Below, piece by piece: positions 30,301 through 39,096 of a DNA stretch of 64,000 nt. The position numbers and the translations under genes are program-made. Location of the stretch: positions 22,693-86,692 of the forward strand of contig JAFGRT010000018.1 in the NCBI GenBank assembly GCA_016935015.1. Reading direction: 5' to 3'. Position 1 is the stretch's first letter; every line of letters starts with the position of its first letter. Under the pieces are notes generated by a model. The model made no database searches. It was not told the origin of the DNA and saw only the letters and a list, made by a program, of their open reading frames with translations. This stretch comes from Acidobacteriota bacterium. Lineage in GTDB: Bacteria; Acidobacteriota; JAAYUB01.

Positions 30301-31750
30301 CAATGCCAACGGGATCGAACGCATGATTGATGGTCAGGTCTTCGCTGACACGATCATTGGTGTTGATACCGAAACCCCGCACCTCCCCCCGCGGGAGGAG
30401 AAAATGGTTTTGCCAGGCCTGGAGCTGGAGAACGGGCTGCGTCCCACTGACCTCCTGTAGAAGGATGGTCTGGGAAAACTCCGACGTATTCCCCTCCGCC
30501 GTGGCCAACAGCGTGACCGCATGGCCGGGATCCATGATGAACGGAACGGTGAACTCACCGTCGTCCGCCGCCACCGTTTCTCCCAGAAACAGCATGCCCT
30601 CCCCGTATCCGGAAGGATCCGGATCCGCCTCATACACCTCGACCAACGCCTGAGGCATGGTCACGCCGTGCAAGGTAAAACGGTGCACATTGAAAAGACG
30701 CTCATGCGTGTAATCGTAGAGAATGGGCGCCGGCATGAGTTGATTGGGACCGGCACGAAATTCCATGTTGCTGTAACGGTTGGGACCATCACCGTAGCCC
30801 CCGATCAGGCTTAGATCCACGCCGAGAGCGCCGTTGCCGAAAATGGAATTATGGCTGATGACATTGCCGACGGCTTCTTTCCCCTCGACGAGCACCCCGC
30901 TGAAGCGGTTGCCGATGATGATATTCCTCTCGCTCAAGGTGCTACCGCCCACCATGGTATGCTTCCCGCGAATCCGGATACCCGTGCCGTTGGGCGTGGT
31001 CTGGGCCGGATTCAACAGTTCGGTGGAGCCCAGCACATTGCGCTGGAACCGGTTGAACTCGCAGGTAGGGGATGCGACAAAGATCCCGGTATCCTTGCAA
31101 TTGACAAAGGCATTCCCTCCCAGGGTCACGGCTTCGCCGATGGTGTTGTCGGAAGCCCCGTTGGCAAGATACACGCCGTGCCGCAGTTGGATTTTGTCCT
31201 CACCGAAACCCGACAGGACCGACAGGCCGAACAGGCAGCCGGCCACGGCGTTGTGGTGGGCGTCCGGACCATTCAGCAGCACGCCGATACTGTTCCGCCC
31301 GCCGAACACCAGGTGCTTGAGGGTGTTGCCTGACGATTGAATGGTCAGAATGGGCTCGCCGGGAGTGTCGGCCGAATACACGGGATGGATCAGGAAGATC
31401 CGGATGAGCAGCCGTTTCTCCAGATCCGTGAAGGTGTCGTTGGTCAAACCGACGATGAGCGTCTCGGGTATCTTGAGGGCCGGCAGCGGCCGGGATAGCA
31501 GCAGGACACCCGAATTGGCCAATTCCTCGGCAAAGATGATCTGGACGGGTTCACCCATTCCGTTGCGGGTCTGGATGGCCTCGCGCAGGCTCATGACGTT
31601 GTCGCCGGGATCGATATCCGAATCAGGCGGATCGAGCAAGGTGTTCACGGTAATGGTGGTTTGTCCCTGGACCAGGGCCGGACAAAGAACCAATATCCCC
31701 AACATACATAACCATTTAACAAAAGATGTTCGGAAAAAGAAGCTCATTGT
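27380..31750 (-). CDS. Giant secreted protein (1456 aa): signal peptide, CSLREA-type motif, right-handed parallel beta-helix repeats, FG-GAP (integrin-alpha-like) repeats, and four C-terminal ~110-aa beta-sandwich-like repeats
   Basis: Start MSFFFRTSFVKWLCMLGILVLCPALVQG with GAGGTG RBS. MSLREAIQ motif. Gly/Asn-rich beta-helix rungs (NVISHNSIFGNGALG...). Repeated Dx[DN]xDGxxD motifs (DLDNDGYDDLIV, DFDNDGRVDLLL, DFNGDQAPDIAV, DLNDDGLADILV, DLNADGFEDVAV). Confidence 0.8.
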   Translation of the reverse strand, partial: TMSFFFRTSFVKWLCMLGILVLCPALVQGQTTITVNTLLDPPDSDIDPGDNVMSLREAIQTRNGMGEPVQIIFAEELANSGVLLLSRPLPALKIPETLIVGLTNDTFTDLEKRLLIRIFLIHPVYSADTPGEPILTIQSSGNTLKHLVFGGRNSIGVLLNGPDAHHNAVAGCLFGLSVLSGFGEDKIQLRHGVYLANGASDNTIGEAVTLGGNAFVNCKDTGIFVASPTCEFNRFQRNVLGSTELLNPAQTTPNGTGIRIRGKHTMVGGSTLSERNIIIGNRFSGVLVEGKEAVGNVISHNSIFGNGALGVDLSLIGGYGDGPNRYSNMEFRAGPNQLMPAPILYDYTHERLFNVHRFTLHGVTMPQALVEVYEADPDPSGYGEGMLFLGETVAADDGEFTVPFIMDPGHAVTLLATAEGNTSEFSQTILLQEVSGTQPVLQLQAWQNHFLLPRGEVRGFGINTNDRVSEDLTINHAFDPVGIAQFIDTTIIRDGNHLVAHLQGLNRGGTLLTLKVPPEYGGAQADSRIYVDEATEITVNVPAELEDQLAGLIPYNYYRFAASAGEILNVTVESLPDAEGNLRLDPVVHVFSGFPRTLAFNNNYRGVDSYVQFIVPESGVYFLAVADLYLRSGQDYRFRLRAWIDRRQESFAPDRPPDQVDLAHVPDRVARGDLDNDGYDDLIVTLAGVPQIAVLLKDPRPGMNFRPPLMVNIGFAAHDITIQDFDNDGRVDLLLTDPVTGNVFILFNTGQFGKSAAGKSIMATGKSSLFSVPAGEGEGTSSDFNKDTFTDYAFLSNSEQTLQIYLNDGSGNLSLNQVLAAGSGPVTMATADFNGDQAPDIAVVDGTDSLVRVFRGMGDGDFEAASTLITAASPTDLKATDLNDDGLADILVCTDGEGLLHTFSALTSFEFELYQDLPAGTNPTSIAVADLNADGFEDVAVANGGSQDIYIYQGVQQGLLIPAAVLTETGEVEELLWLSFGNGGGYIGISPDTEFVSLLKGNYRILDFPNSETSTEVAAAFALANPAGGGEALVYFSLYDEDGSLVADPDVENPVALTIPEGEQIAFYVTDIFGSGINAYHPWMRAVSLSPRLQGFYLLTSVTAGPFMDGAVAQEVPAVITILPTNESLTTDGDCQVSIVNPNDATARVTVACIGTDGSGLADPFQTTLAPGGRLSFPFSDMFPGVTGACYLEVSADRPLDCFQYGGTDNLMTAAPGVVLTEPDKTASRLYAPHFAEGRFYRSVLELYNRSANPAEIVISAFRDDGTPFRTSAPAMIPPGGMRREELSQLLDIDWQSVDYEVGFLQVDSDQSGLGGTLTFGDRAQASFAATLVLQAGGLNRMMFSHLAYGELYGTDYFTGLTLLNAGANDAVAHFEVFDEFGNLTGAGDVPILAGTKSSRMLADFVPGLLPQIKGYITITTSDPAARLVAFELFGDMAGTFMSAVPPQSFSEEIAR

Positions 31751-31933
31751 TGCACCTCGGGGAAACCCATTCAATCCGTCCTGCTCATCACACAACACCG
31801 GTGAATGGCCGCCTTCATCCGGGTAGTTTTTCCGGCCGCAATCCTGAGACCGGTCCGTCACGCGCCGGCGGGAATTCGCCCTCGCCACACGGATGGCGTT
31901 CGGTTTGTTGAACCCGGTAACCAGTCAAAAGTT

Positions 31934-33568
31934 TCACTCGTCCGCCGGCTGGTCGGCTCCGCGCCATTCATCGAACTTTTTCAGCGCCTTGCCGGCAATC
32001 CAGCGGCGCGGCGGCTCAAAAGAGGGGGAAATTTGCGCGATGTCCCGGCGGGCCTTCTCCAGGAAATCGGAGTTTTTATCGCCTTCCAGATACTGCAGAT
32101 AAATCTGCGACATGGCGCGGAAAAACAGGGCCAGATCGCGGCGGGTGCCCTTTTCCAGGTAGGTGTCGAAATAAAAAGTGGCCTTGTGATAATCCCCTTC
32201 TCTGAAAAAGAGCCGCAGTCCTTCCTTGAGATACTCCTCCACAGCGAGCCGCCCACTTTCGGCCCTTCCCTGGCGCAGGCTCTGCTGCAACCCGGCGATG
32301 GTACCGGCCCCGGGATAATCCTGGGCCAGTGCGTTGAGCGCCGTCTCCGCGGTCTCGAAATCTTGGGCAGTGATCATTTGTTCAATTTCACCGGTTCGCT
32401 GGGCCAGGCGGTTCTCGGCCTGCCGGATATCATCCAGGTGTTGGACCGCGTCAGCGCCGAAGCGCGGATCTTCCCGCAGATGATACAGCAGCGGCTTGGC
32501 CTGCTGGTACCTCTTGGCATTCAGCAGGCTCTGGGCCTGGCGCCACTCCTGCGCGGCGGCAATCCGCTCACGGAGAGCCGACACGGCCGGGACCGTCGCG
32601 CCGCCATCCTCCAGCAGGCGGCACAAGCCGTCCGCCGCCTCCAGCTCACCACTTTCCAGACGCGTCTGGGCCTCTTCGAGCATACGTCCCAACAGCCGCT
32701 GACGCAAAACACCCACTTCGGGCTGCGTGCCCTGCCGCTCGGCGATACCCCGCAGTAAGGCCAGCGCTTGTCCGTATTTTTTCTGCGACAACAGATCCTG
32801 GATCTCCTGCAGCCGTTCCCTGAAGACCCGGCGTTCTGTCTTCTGCTCGATGCTGGCCGCACTTACCCGTTGCCGCATTTCCTGGGCCGCGCCGTGCAAT
32901 CGCTTGATTTTCTGCAACTCCGCCAGGGCCTCATCGTATTTCTCCGCTCCAAACAACCGCTGGGCTTCGGACAACGCCTGCTCATCATCGGCCAGCTCCT
33001 TCAGCCGGCGTTCGGCCTCCGCGGCGGTGGTTGAATCCTGCCGGGCCAGCGCGTCGGACTGAACCTGGCGCCAGAGATGGCGGGCACCGTTCAGATCGCC
33101 CGAGCGCAGACGCTCCTCGCCCTCGGCCAATTTGTGCTGCATTTCCGGGTCCAGCGGCGCCGGAACGGTCGGCCGGGCCTGGGCCTGGCGGTCACGCGCC
33201 GAACCCACGGCGGACTTGAGATCCGCCAGTTTGTGCCGGAAATCTTCATCCCCAAGGATCTCCTTCCAACTTTCCGACAGACCGATATACTCTTCGGCAG
33301 CCTCATACTTGCCCTGGTTGTAATAGGCCTCGGCCAGCCAGTAATAGGGGAAATAATCGATGCGGATGTTGCTGTGTATTTTCTTGTTGCGCTTGGGCTC
33401 AGGCTCTTTGCGGATGGCGATGCGCAGATTCTCCACCACATCGCCCCAGCGGCCTTCAGCCTTGGCCTTCATGGCGTCGTCCCAGTACTTGTACCATTCC
33501 TGTTCCGCCGCCGGCAGGACAGCCGAGACCAGACAGACCGACCACAGGATGAGCGCCGCCCGCTTCAT
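31934..33568 (-). CDS. Secreted tetratricopeptide-repeat (TPR/helical repeat) protein
   Basis: Signal peptide MKRAALILWSVCLVSAVLPAAEQ, followed by ~500 aa of A/E/R/L/Q-rich helical repeats. The start overlaps the kinase stop (ATGA). Confidence 0.7.
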   Translation of the reverse strand: MKRAALILWSVCLVSAVLPAAEQEWYKYWDDAMKAKAEGRWGDVVENLRIAIRKEPEPKRNKKIHSNIRIDYFPYYWLAEAYYNQGKYEAAEEYIGLSESWKEILGDEDFRHKLADLKSAVGSARDRQAQARPTVPAPLDPEMQHKLAEGEERLRSGDLNGARHLWRQVQSDALARQDSTTAAEAERRLKELADDEQALSEAQRLFGAEKYDEALAELQKIKRLHGAAQEMRQRVSAASIEQKTERRVFRERLQEIQDLLSQKKYGQALALLRGIAERQGTQPEVGVLRQRLLGRMLEEAQTRLESGELEAADGLCRLLEDGGATVPAVSALRERIAAAQEWRQAQSLLNAKRYQQAKPLLYHLREDPRFGADAVQHLDDIRQAENRLAQRTGEIEQMITAQDFETAETALNALAQDYPGAGTIAGLQQSLRQGRAESGRLAVEEYLKEGLRLFFREGDYHKATFYFDTYLEKGTRRDLALFFRAMSQIYLQYLEGDKNSDFLEKARRDIAQISPSFEPPRRWIAGKALKKFDEWRGADQPADE

Positions 33569-35619
33569 CGGCTGTCCTCCTGTGACAGAATGCTCTCAAT
33601 GACGGTCTCGACGTCAAATTCGGGCAGTGTTTTCCGGATGGCAACCGTCTGTCCGGCGTCAATGGCAAATTCCTCAACGATAGGGTTGTCCTGGAGATTC
33701 TGCCGCTGATAGCGGAGACGGTACCGGCCCGTCGGAAGTGCCAGCCGCAGCGGCGTCTCTTGCTCCGGCAACAGGATGGCTTCCCGGGTGCCTGTATCGA
33801 TCAAGTCCAGGATTTGCACGGCCGGCCGGATGTCCAGCAACAGGACGCCATTGGGCACTGGGACCGGCTCGGATCGGGTCTGTCGCACCACCACCACCAC
33901 AACGACGGCCAGCACCAGTGTTACGAAAATCAGTAACGGTACCAGCCACTTGCGTCGCCGGGCCGCCAGAATCTGGCGGGTGCTTTTTTTCAGCCGAGAA
34001 TCGACCCCCACCTGCTCCACCGCGGCGCCGGCCACCTGCAGGGCCGCGTCGTACTCCTTGCGCAGGTAGAGGGCCTCCATCTCCTGGAGGGCCCGCCCGA
34101 CAACCTCTTCCTTCTCCGCGGCGGCGATCTCGTCCAGCATCTCCGCCGCCGGGGGGTAGTCGGCCATCACGTCCATGGCCAGCCGGCAGTATCTCCGGGC
34201 CTCGTCCCGCTGCCCCTCGGCCAACATAACCCGCGCCTGGTCAGTCCATTGTTCGGCCTTGGCCTGGCGCTCCCGCCGGTCGATGAGCTCCTGGATATCG
34301 TTCAGCTTGACCGACAGATCCCGGGCCGCAGGATTGAGCTTCAAGGCCTCGCTGTACAGTTTTTTGGCCTCATCGAGCTTCTCCTGCTGCAGGGCGGTAT
34401 GCCCCAGCTGCATGTACTTTTCGATGGTCTGGTTGAGTCGTTTCTCTGCCTCTTTTTGGTGAGTTTTCCGGACCCACTCCAGCGCCATGGTATTTTCCGG
34501 CTCGACGGACAGCGCTTCGTTGAAGCACTCCAGGGCGAGATCATAATGATCATCATCAAAAAAGGTGATCCCCTCCGTCAGCAACTCCTCGATGCGCGCC
34601 TTGCGCTTCTTTTCGGCGATGTCCTCTTGCAACGCCTCGATGATTTCGGGCGATTCCCCCTGGGCGCGCAGCTTGTCCAGCACCCGCAACGCCTGGTCAA
34701 ATTTGCCTTCTTTGAGATAGCGGTTCACCAGATCGATCTTGATGCTCTGTTCTTCCGACCGGGTGCGCGGCACGGCGATGGTGGGTTCCATGGACATGTC
34801 CTGCTCGAACTCATCCTTGAGCTTGCGCAGGCGCCGGGCCAGGCTGGCCAGATCGGCGAACCGGTTTTCAGGTGATTTATCCAGGGCTTTCAGCACTATT
34901 TTTTCCAGCGATGACGGGCAGGCCGGGTAAACATCCCGCAGGGGACGGGGATTCTCGTGAAGAATCTTATACATGATGTTGGTATAGGTTTCGCCGTCGA
35001 ACGGACGCCGCCCGGTCAGCAGCTCGTACATGATCACGCCCAGGGAAAACTGGTCCGAGCTGCCGGCCAACGTCTCGCACTTGACCTGTTCCGGCGACAT
35101 GTAGCTGGGTGTGCCCAGCAGCATGCCCGTCTTGGTCATAAGGGAGGACTGGCTGATGTGAGCGATGCCGAAATCGACAATCTTGACCTTGCCGTTGGTG
35201 AGCAGAAAGATATTGGCTGGCTTGATGTCCCGGTGGATGATCCCGTGGCTGTGGGCGAAATGAAGACCTTCGCACACCTGGATGATCAGATCGATGATCT
35301 TTTGCAGGGTGAAGATATGCCTATGCTGTATCAGCCGGAACAGGTCGTCTCCCTCCAGAAACTCCATGGCGATGAAAGGAACACCCTGATCTTCGTTCAG
35401 TTCATAAATAACGACGATGTTCTCATGATGCAGCCGTCCCGGAGCCTGGGCTTCCTTGAAGAACCGTTTCTTGAACTCCGCATCGGACTGGCTGGAGTAG
35501 GACATGGTCTTGAGGGCCACATAGCGGCCCATGAGCGGGTCAAAGGCCTTGTAGACATGGCCCATGGCCCCTTTGCCGATCTCCTCGATGATTTCGTATT
35601 TGCCCAGCTTTTTCAGCAT
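33565..35619 (-). CDS. Hanks-type Ser/Thr protein kinase with cytoplasmic TPR region, single TM and ~105-aa extracytoplasmic C-terminal domain
   Basis: Kinase subdomains GKGAMGHVYKA, VALK, HRDIKPANIF, DFGIA, SPEQ. TM segment LVPLLIFVTLVLAVVVVVVV. Confidence 0.85.
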   Translation of the reverse strand: MLKKLGKYEIIEEIGKGAMGHVYKAFDPLMGRYVALKTMSYSSQSDAEFKKRFFKEAQAPGRLHHENIVVIYELNEDQGVPFIAMEFLEGDDLFRLIQHRHIFTLQKIIDLIIQVCEGLHFAHSHGIIHRDIKPANIFLLTNGKVKIVDFGIAHISQSSLMTKTGMLLGTPSYMSPEQVKCETLAGSSDQFSLGVIMYELLTGRRPFDGETYTNIMYKILHENPRPLRDVYPACPSSLEKIVLKALDKSPENRFADLASLARRLRKLKDEFEQDMSMEPTIAVPRTRSEEQSIKIDLVNRYLKEGKFDQALRVLDKLRAQGESPEIIEALQEDIAEKKRKARIEELLTEGITFFDDDHYDLALECFNEALSVEPENTMALEWVRKTHQKEAEKRLNQTIEKYMQLGHTALQQEKLDEAKKLYSEALKLNPAARDLSVKLNDIQELIDRRERQAKAEQWTDQARVMLAEGQRDEARRYCRLAMDVMADYPPAAEMLDEIAAAEKEEVVGRALQEMEALYLRKEYDAALQVAGAAVEQVGVDSRLKKSTRQILAARRRKWLVPLLIFVTLVLAVVVVVVVRQTRSEPVPVPNGVLLLDIRPAVQILDLIDTGTREAILLPEQETPLRLALPTGRYRLRYQRQNLQDNPIVEEFAIDAGQTVAIRKTLPEFDVETVIESILSQEDSR

Positions 35620-35637
35620 ATTCGATGAACAGTCCGC

Positions 35638-36228
35638 TTATTTCTGTTTCATGACATACGGATCCAGGATGATGTCCTCCAGTTTGCGCTTGGGCACATG
35701 ATGCATACCGTCCTCGCTGCGCCAGTAGCGGATACTCCCATCCGGTCCCATCGTCTCCAGCCGGACCGCCTCGCTGGGTTTGCCGAGGGCCACCACCAGC
35801 AGAATTTCAAAGGAATCCGGCAGGGACAGATCCCGCTGCAGACCCACGCGGTTGACGGAACCCATGATACAACCACCCAGTCCTTTTTCCGCGGCGCCCA
35901 GCATGATGCTCTGGGCGGCGATCCCCTGATCCACCCGGAAAGATCTCGCCAGTTGCCGGTCGCCCAGAATGACGATGTAGGCCGTTGGTCGCTCGCCTTC
36001 TGCGGGACCCGGCCAATCCTTGAGATATCCGGCCCAGGACAGGTGGCGGAAGATGACATCATTGGCATGCGGATCACAGGCCAGATAATACTTGAGGGGC
36101 TGTATATTGGCCGAACTCGGCGACAGGCGCGCCAGGTCGACCAATTCCCGCAGCGTATCGGCCGTAATCTTCTGCGCCTCGTCGAACCTGCGGTAGCTCC
36201 GGTTTTGCCGGATAAGATCATGTAACAT
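35638..36228 (-). CDS. Nitroreductase-family flavoprotein
   Basis: N-terminal RSYRRFDEAQKITADTLRELVDLARLSPSSANIQP is the classical NfsB-like nitroreductase motif. It lies 18 nt upstream of the kinase gene. Confidence 0.8.
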   Translation of the reverse strand: MLHDLIRQNRSYRRFDEAQKITADTLRELVDLARLSPSSANIQPLKYYLACDPHANDVIFRHLSWAGYLKDWPGPAEGERPTAYIVILGDRQLARSFRVDQGIAAQSIMLGAAEKGLGGCIMGSVNRVGLQRDLSLPDSFEILLVVALGKPSEAVRLETMGPDGSIRYWRSEDGMHHVPKRKLEDIILDPYVMKQK

Positions 36229-36409
36229 GGAAACCTCCCGCCGGATTGCAGAATTTCAGATGCCGCCGCGGTTGCCGTCACCAGCCGGATGGCCGCTCTT
36301 TATCGTTCTGCCCTTTTTATATCACAGAAATCGGAATTATTTCCAGCTTCGTTCTGCACGGGTTCCATTTCCGCCCGGCTGATCATCCGCATGAATGACA
36401 ACCGGCGGC

Positions 36410-36418
36410 GGGGGGGGG
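36410..36418. repeat. Homopolymeric G9 tract (C9 on the coding strand of the flanking operon)
   Basis: ggcggcGGGGGGGGGtgaatc; intergenic, ~30 nt after the 36445 stop and ~180 nt upstream of the nitroreductase start. Confidence 0.6.
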
Positions 36419-36444
36419 TGAATCTTTTATCGGGGCTTTGCACT

Positions 36445-36987
36445 TCATTTGTCGGCGGATCGGGCCCGGACGCCTGCCGCCTGGTGTTCGAGACCAGGTG
36501 GTTTGGTCCTGGATCGTAAAAACACCCAGGCGGCCTTGCCGCCGATGGTGATGAGGATGATGGACAGATAATTCGCCCAGAGATGATGGGCTTCGTGAAG
36601 AAAGAACGTCCAATCGAAATGGGCCGGGTAGTCCGACAGGATCGCCGGAAATACGAACGCAGGCAGGACAAACATCCAGCAGAGGGCATCGAGTGCGATG
36701 GACAGAATGATCCAATACAATGTCAGGCACCGCCACTCCATATCGAAGAACCTGACGCCGTCATGACCGGTGGTGCGATAGTACAAGTATGCAAAGACCA
36801 TATAGACGATTGGAAACACCGATACCGTGGCAATGATCATCATGTCCGCCGAGATATACATGTAGATCAGTGTTCCGCCGATATTGCCGGTCAAATATGG
36901 AATCATGTTGTAGATGGTGGCCCATTTCCAGTTCATCACAAGGTGTTCCCTTGCCGTTTCGTTGCAAAGCCAGAACTGCCGGGACAA
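36445..36987 (-). CDS. Hypothetical integral membrane protein encoded in a locally low-GC (~48%) segment
   Basis: Hydrophobic Y/W/F-rich helices (IYMYISADMMIIATVSVFPIVYMVFAYLYY...). The start is uncertain (MSRQFWL vs MNWKWATIY). Confidence 0.4.
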   Translation of the reverse strand: MSRQFWLCNETAREHLVMNWKWATIYNMIPYLTGNIGGTLIYMYISADMMIIATVSVFPIVYMVFAYLYYRTTGHDGVRFFDMEWRCLTLYWIILSIALDALCWMFVLPAFVFPAILSDYPAHFDWTFFLHEAHHLWANYLSIILITIGGKAAWVFLRSRTKPPGLEHQAAGVRARSADK

Positions 36988-37145
36988 GTCCCGTTGCTTC
37001 TGTTATGGTTTGCGATGCGCGGATTCTATAGACAGAAAAAACGCTTGTCATCATTAAACACATTCTTCACCTGCCGGGAAGGAAGTCGGGTCATCACCCG
37101 GAAATTGGCCGAATCCTTGCGTTCAGTGATAAAATAGCCCTCACA

Positions 37146-38279
37146 ATGGATGCGAAACAACCCGTTGCCGGGCAACATACAATCGCCTCGCTGATTGTGC
37201 TGGCAGTATTCCTGCTTCTAACCGGCGGGCTGCCCCTGCTGGGCGTCCTCGCCGGCGGATTGCCACTGCGCCGCTATCTGGAATTCCCGCCGCAGACGCG
37301 CTATGTGGACCATGCCGCTTTCTCCTGGTGGCTGTTTGTTTTTCTGGCGCTGCTGATCCTGGGGACCGTGGCGCCGTTCGTGATACACGTTCTCCGCCAG
37401 GCCCGGACCGCGACAGCGCCACCATCCCCGGCACGGGCCTTCCCCTGGTGGGGCTGTGCCGGCCTGGGTTGCGGGGCACTGTTCTGGCTGTTGTCCTGGA
37501 CCCGTTTCCCCTGGTTCCAGAACTTCCAGGCCTTCACGTTCACGCCCCTCTGGCTGTCGTACATCATCGTCATCAATGCCTTGAGCTGGCGACGCACCGG
37601 CCGTTGCCTCATGTGCCGGCGGCCCTGTTTCTTTTTACTGCTCTTCCCGACGAGTGCCGTTTTCTGGTGGTTATTCGAGTATCTTAACCGCTTCGTTCAG
37701 AACTGGTACTATGTGGGGGGCGGGCCTTACGATGCGTGGGAATATTTCTGGCGGGCGACGCTCCCTTTTTCGACCGTCCTGCCGGCAGTCCTGAGTACCA
37801 CTGGCTGGCTGGAGTCCTTCCCACGCCTGACCGCCGGCCTGGAGGATTTCATCCGTCTGCCGGCTGTTCGTTCATACCCTTGGGCTGCCCTCCTGCTGCT
37901 GGGCTTCGGTGCCGGACTGGTCGGCATCGGCCGCTGGCCCAATGTGCTGTTTCCCCTGCTGTGGACCGCTCCGCTGGCCATCCTCGCGGCGTTGCTGACC
38001 TTGGCGGGCCGGCCGACCCTGTTCGACGGCGTGCGACAGGGCGACTGGCGGCGGGTGGTCCGCCTGGCCCTGGCCGCCCTCATCTGCGGCTTCTTCTGGG
38101 AGATGTGGAACTCCCACAGCCTGGCCAAGTGGGTATACGAGATCCCCTATGTGGGGCGCTTTCACCTCTTCGAGATGCCCGTGCTGGGGTATTCCGGCTA
38201 TCTCCTCTTCGGCCTGGAATGTGGCCTCATCGCCGATCTTTTCGGAGGCGATGCTCCGGCGCGGCCGGACGTCCATTGA
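37146..38279 (+). CDS. Large polytopic Trp/Phe-rich integral membrane protein of unknown function
   Basis: 377 aa with at least 9 hydrophobic segments and no recognisable enzyme motif. It lies directly upstream of the ECF sigma gene. Confidence 0.5.
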   Translation: MDAKQPVAGQHTIASLIVLAVFLLLTGGLPLLGVLAGGLPLRRYLEFPPQTRYVDHAAFSWWLFVFLALLILGTVAPFVIHVLRQARTATAPPSPARAFPWWGCAGLGCGALFWLLSWTRFPWFQNFQAFTFTPLWLSYIIVINALSWRRTGRCLMCRRPCFFLLLFPTSAVFWWLFEYLNRFVQNWYYVGGGPYDAWEYFWRATLPFSTVLPAVLSTTGWLESFPRLTAGLEDFIRLPAVRSYPWAALLLLGFGAGLVGIGRWPNVLFPLLWTAPLAILAALLTLAGRPTLFDGVRQGDWRRVVRLALAALICGFFWEMWNSHSLAKWVYEIPYVGRFHLFEMPVLGYSGYLLFGLECGLIADLFGGDAPARPDVH

Positions 38280-38406
38280 GATTGGCCAGCGGGAAGAAAG
38301 TATTGTCCGGCGCGGCAAATTATGTCATGCTGGTGGCGCTTCTTGGGAGATTATATTCGTTTGGCCGGAAAGGGCCGGATTTTCGATTCCATCCGAAAGT
38401 GTGCCG

Positions 38407-39027
38407 ATGACACCCTATACCGATGAAGAGCTCATGGCCGAACTTGTCCGGGGCGAAACCGGCGCCTTGGACGAATTGTACCGTCGTTATGCCCGTCCGC
38501 TGTATGTCTTTTGCGACCGGTTGATCCAGTTACGGGGAACGCGCCAGGCCGAAGACCTGGTTCAGGATATTTTTCTGCGGGTGATCCGTGGTGCCGCCGG
38601 TTTCGACTCTCGCAGGGCATCTTTCCGGACATGGCTTTTTCGGATCGCCCGCCATGGCTGCATCGATGTGCTGCGACAGCGGGGTAAAGTGAAAATCGTT
38701 CCGCTGGAAGAGGAAAAGGCTCGGTCGGATGATCCGTACCTCCGGCCGCAAGCGGTTGAAAATCCGGCCGGATCAAATATACAAGCGGAAACGGATGCAA
38801 CCCAGATGCTGGTTCATACCGAATGGCGGCAAGCCATCCGGGATTGTATCGCGGCCTTGCCGAACTACGAAGAACGGGAAGCCGTCATCCTTTACTATCT
38901 GGGCGGCAAGGTACTTGTGGAAATCGGGCGAATTCTGGGCAAATCCACCAGTACGGCCAAAAACCGGGTTTGGGCGGCCCGCGCGAAATTGAAGGCATGC
39001 CTCGCCGGCAAGGGTGTGAGCCCTTAG
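38407..39027 (+). CDS. ECF (sigma-70 family group IV) RNA polymerase sigma factor
   Basis: Region 2 (LVQDIFLRVIRGAAGFD...FRTWLFRIARHGCIDVLR) and region 4 HTH (ILGKSTSTAKNRVWAARAKLK). Confidence 0.85.
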   Translation: MTPYTDEELMAELVRGETGALDELYRRYARPLYVFCDRLIQLRGTRQAEDLVQDIFLRVIRGAAGFDSRRASFRTWLFRIARHGCIDVLRQRGKVKIVPLEEEKARSDDPYLRPQAVENPAGSNIQAETDATQMLVHTEWRQAIRDCIAALPNYEEREAVILYYLGGKVLVEIGRILGKSTSTAKNRVWAARAKLKACLAGKGVSP

Positions 39028-39096
39028 GCTCGATCAGGCTTGCAAAATTGACCTGTCCCGCAGTACATATAGTAAGAAGGGAGCGCCGCCAGTAGC

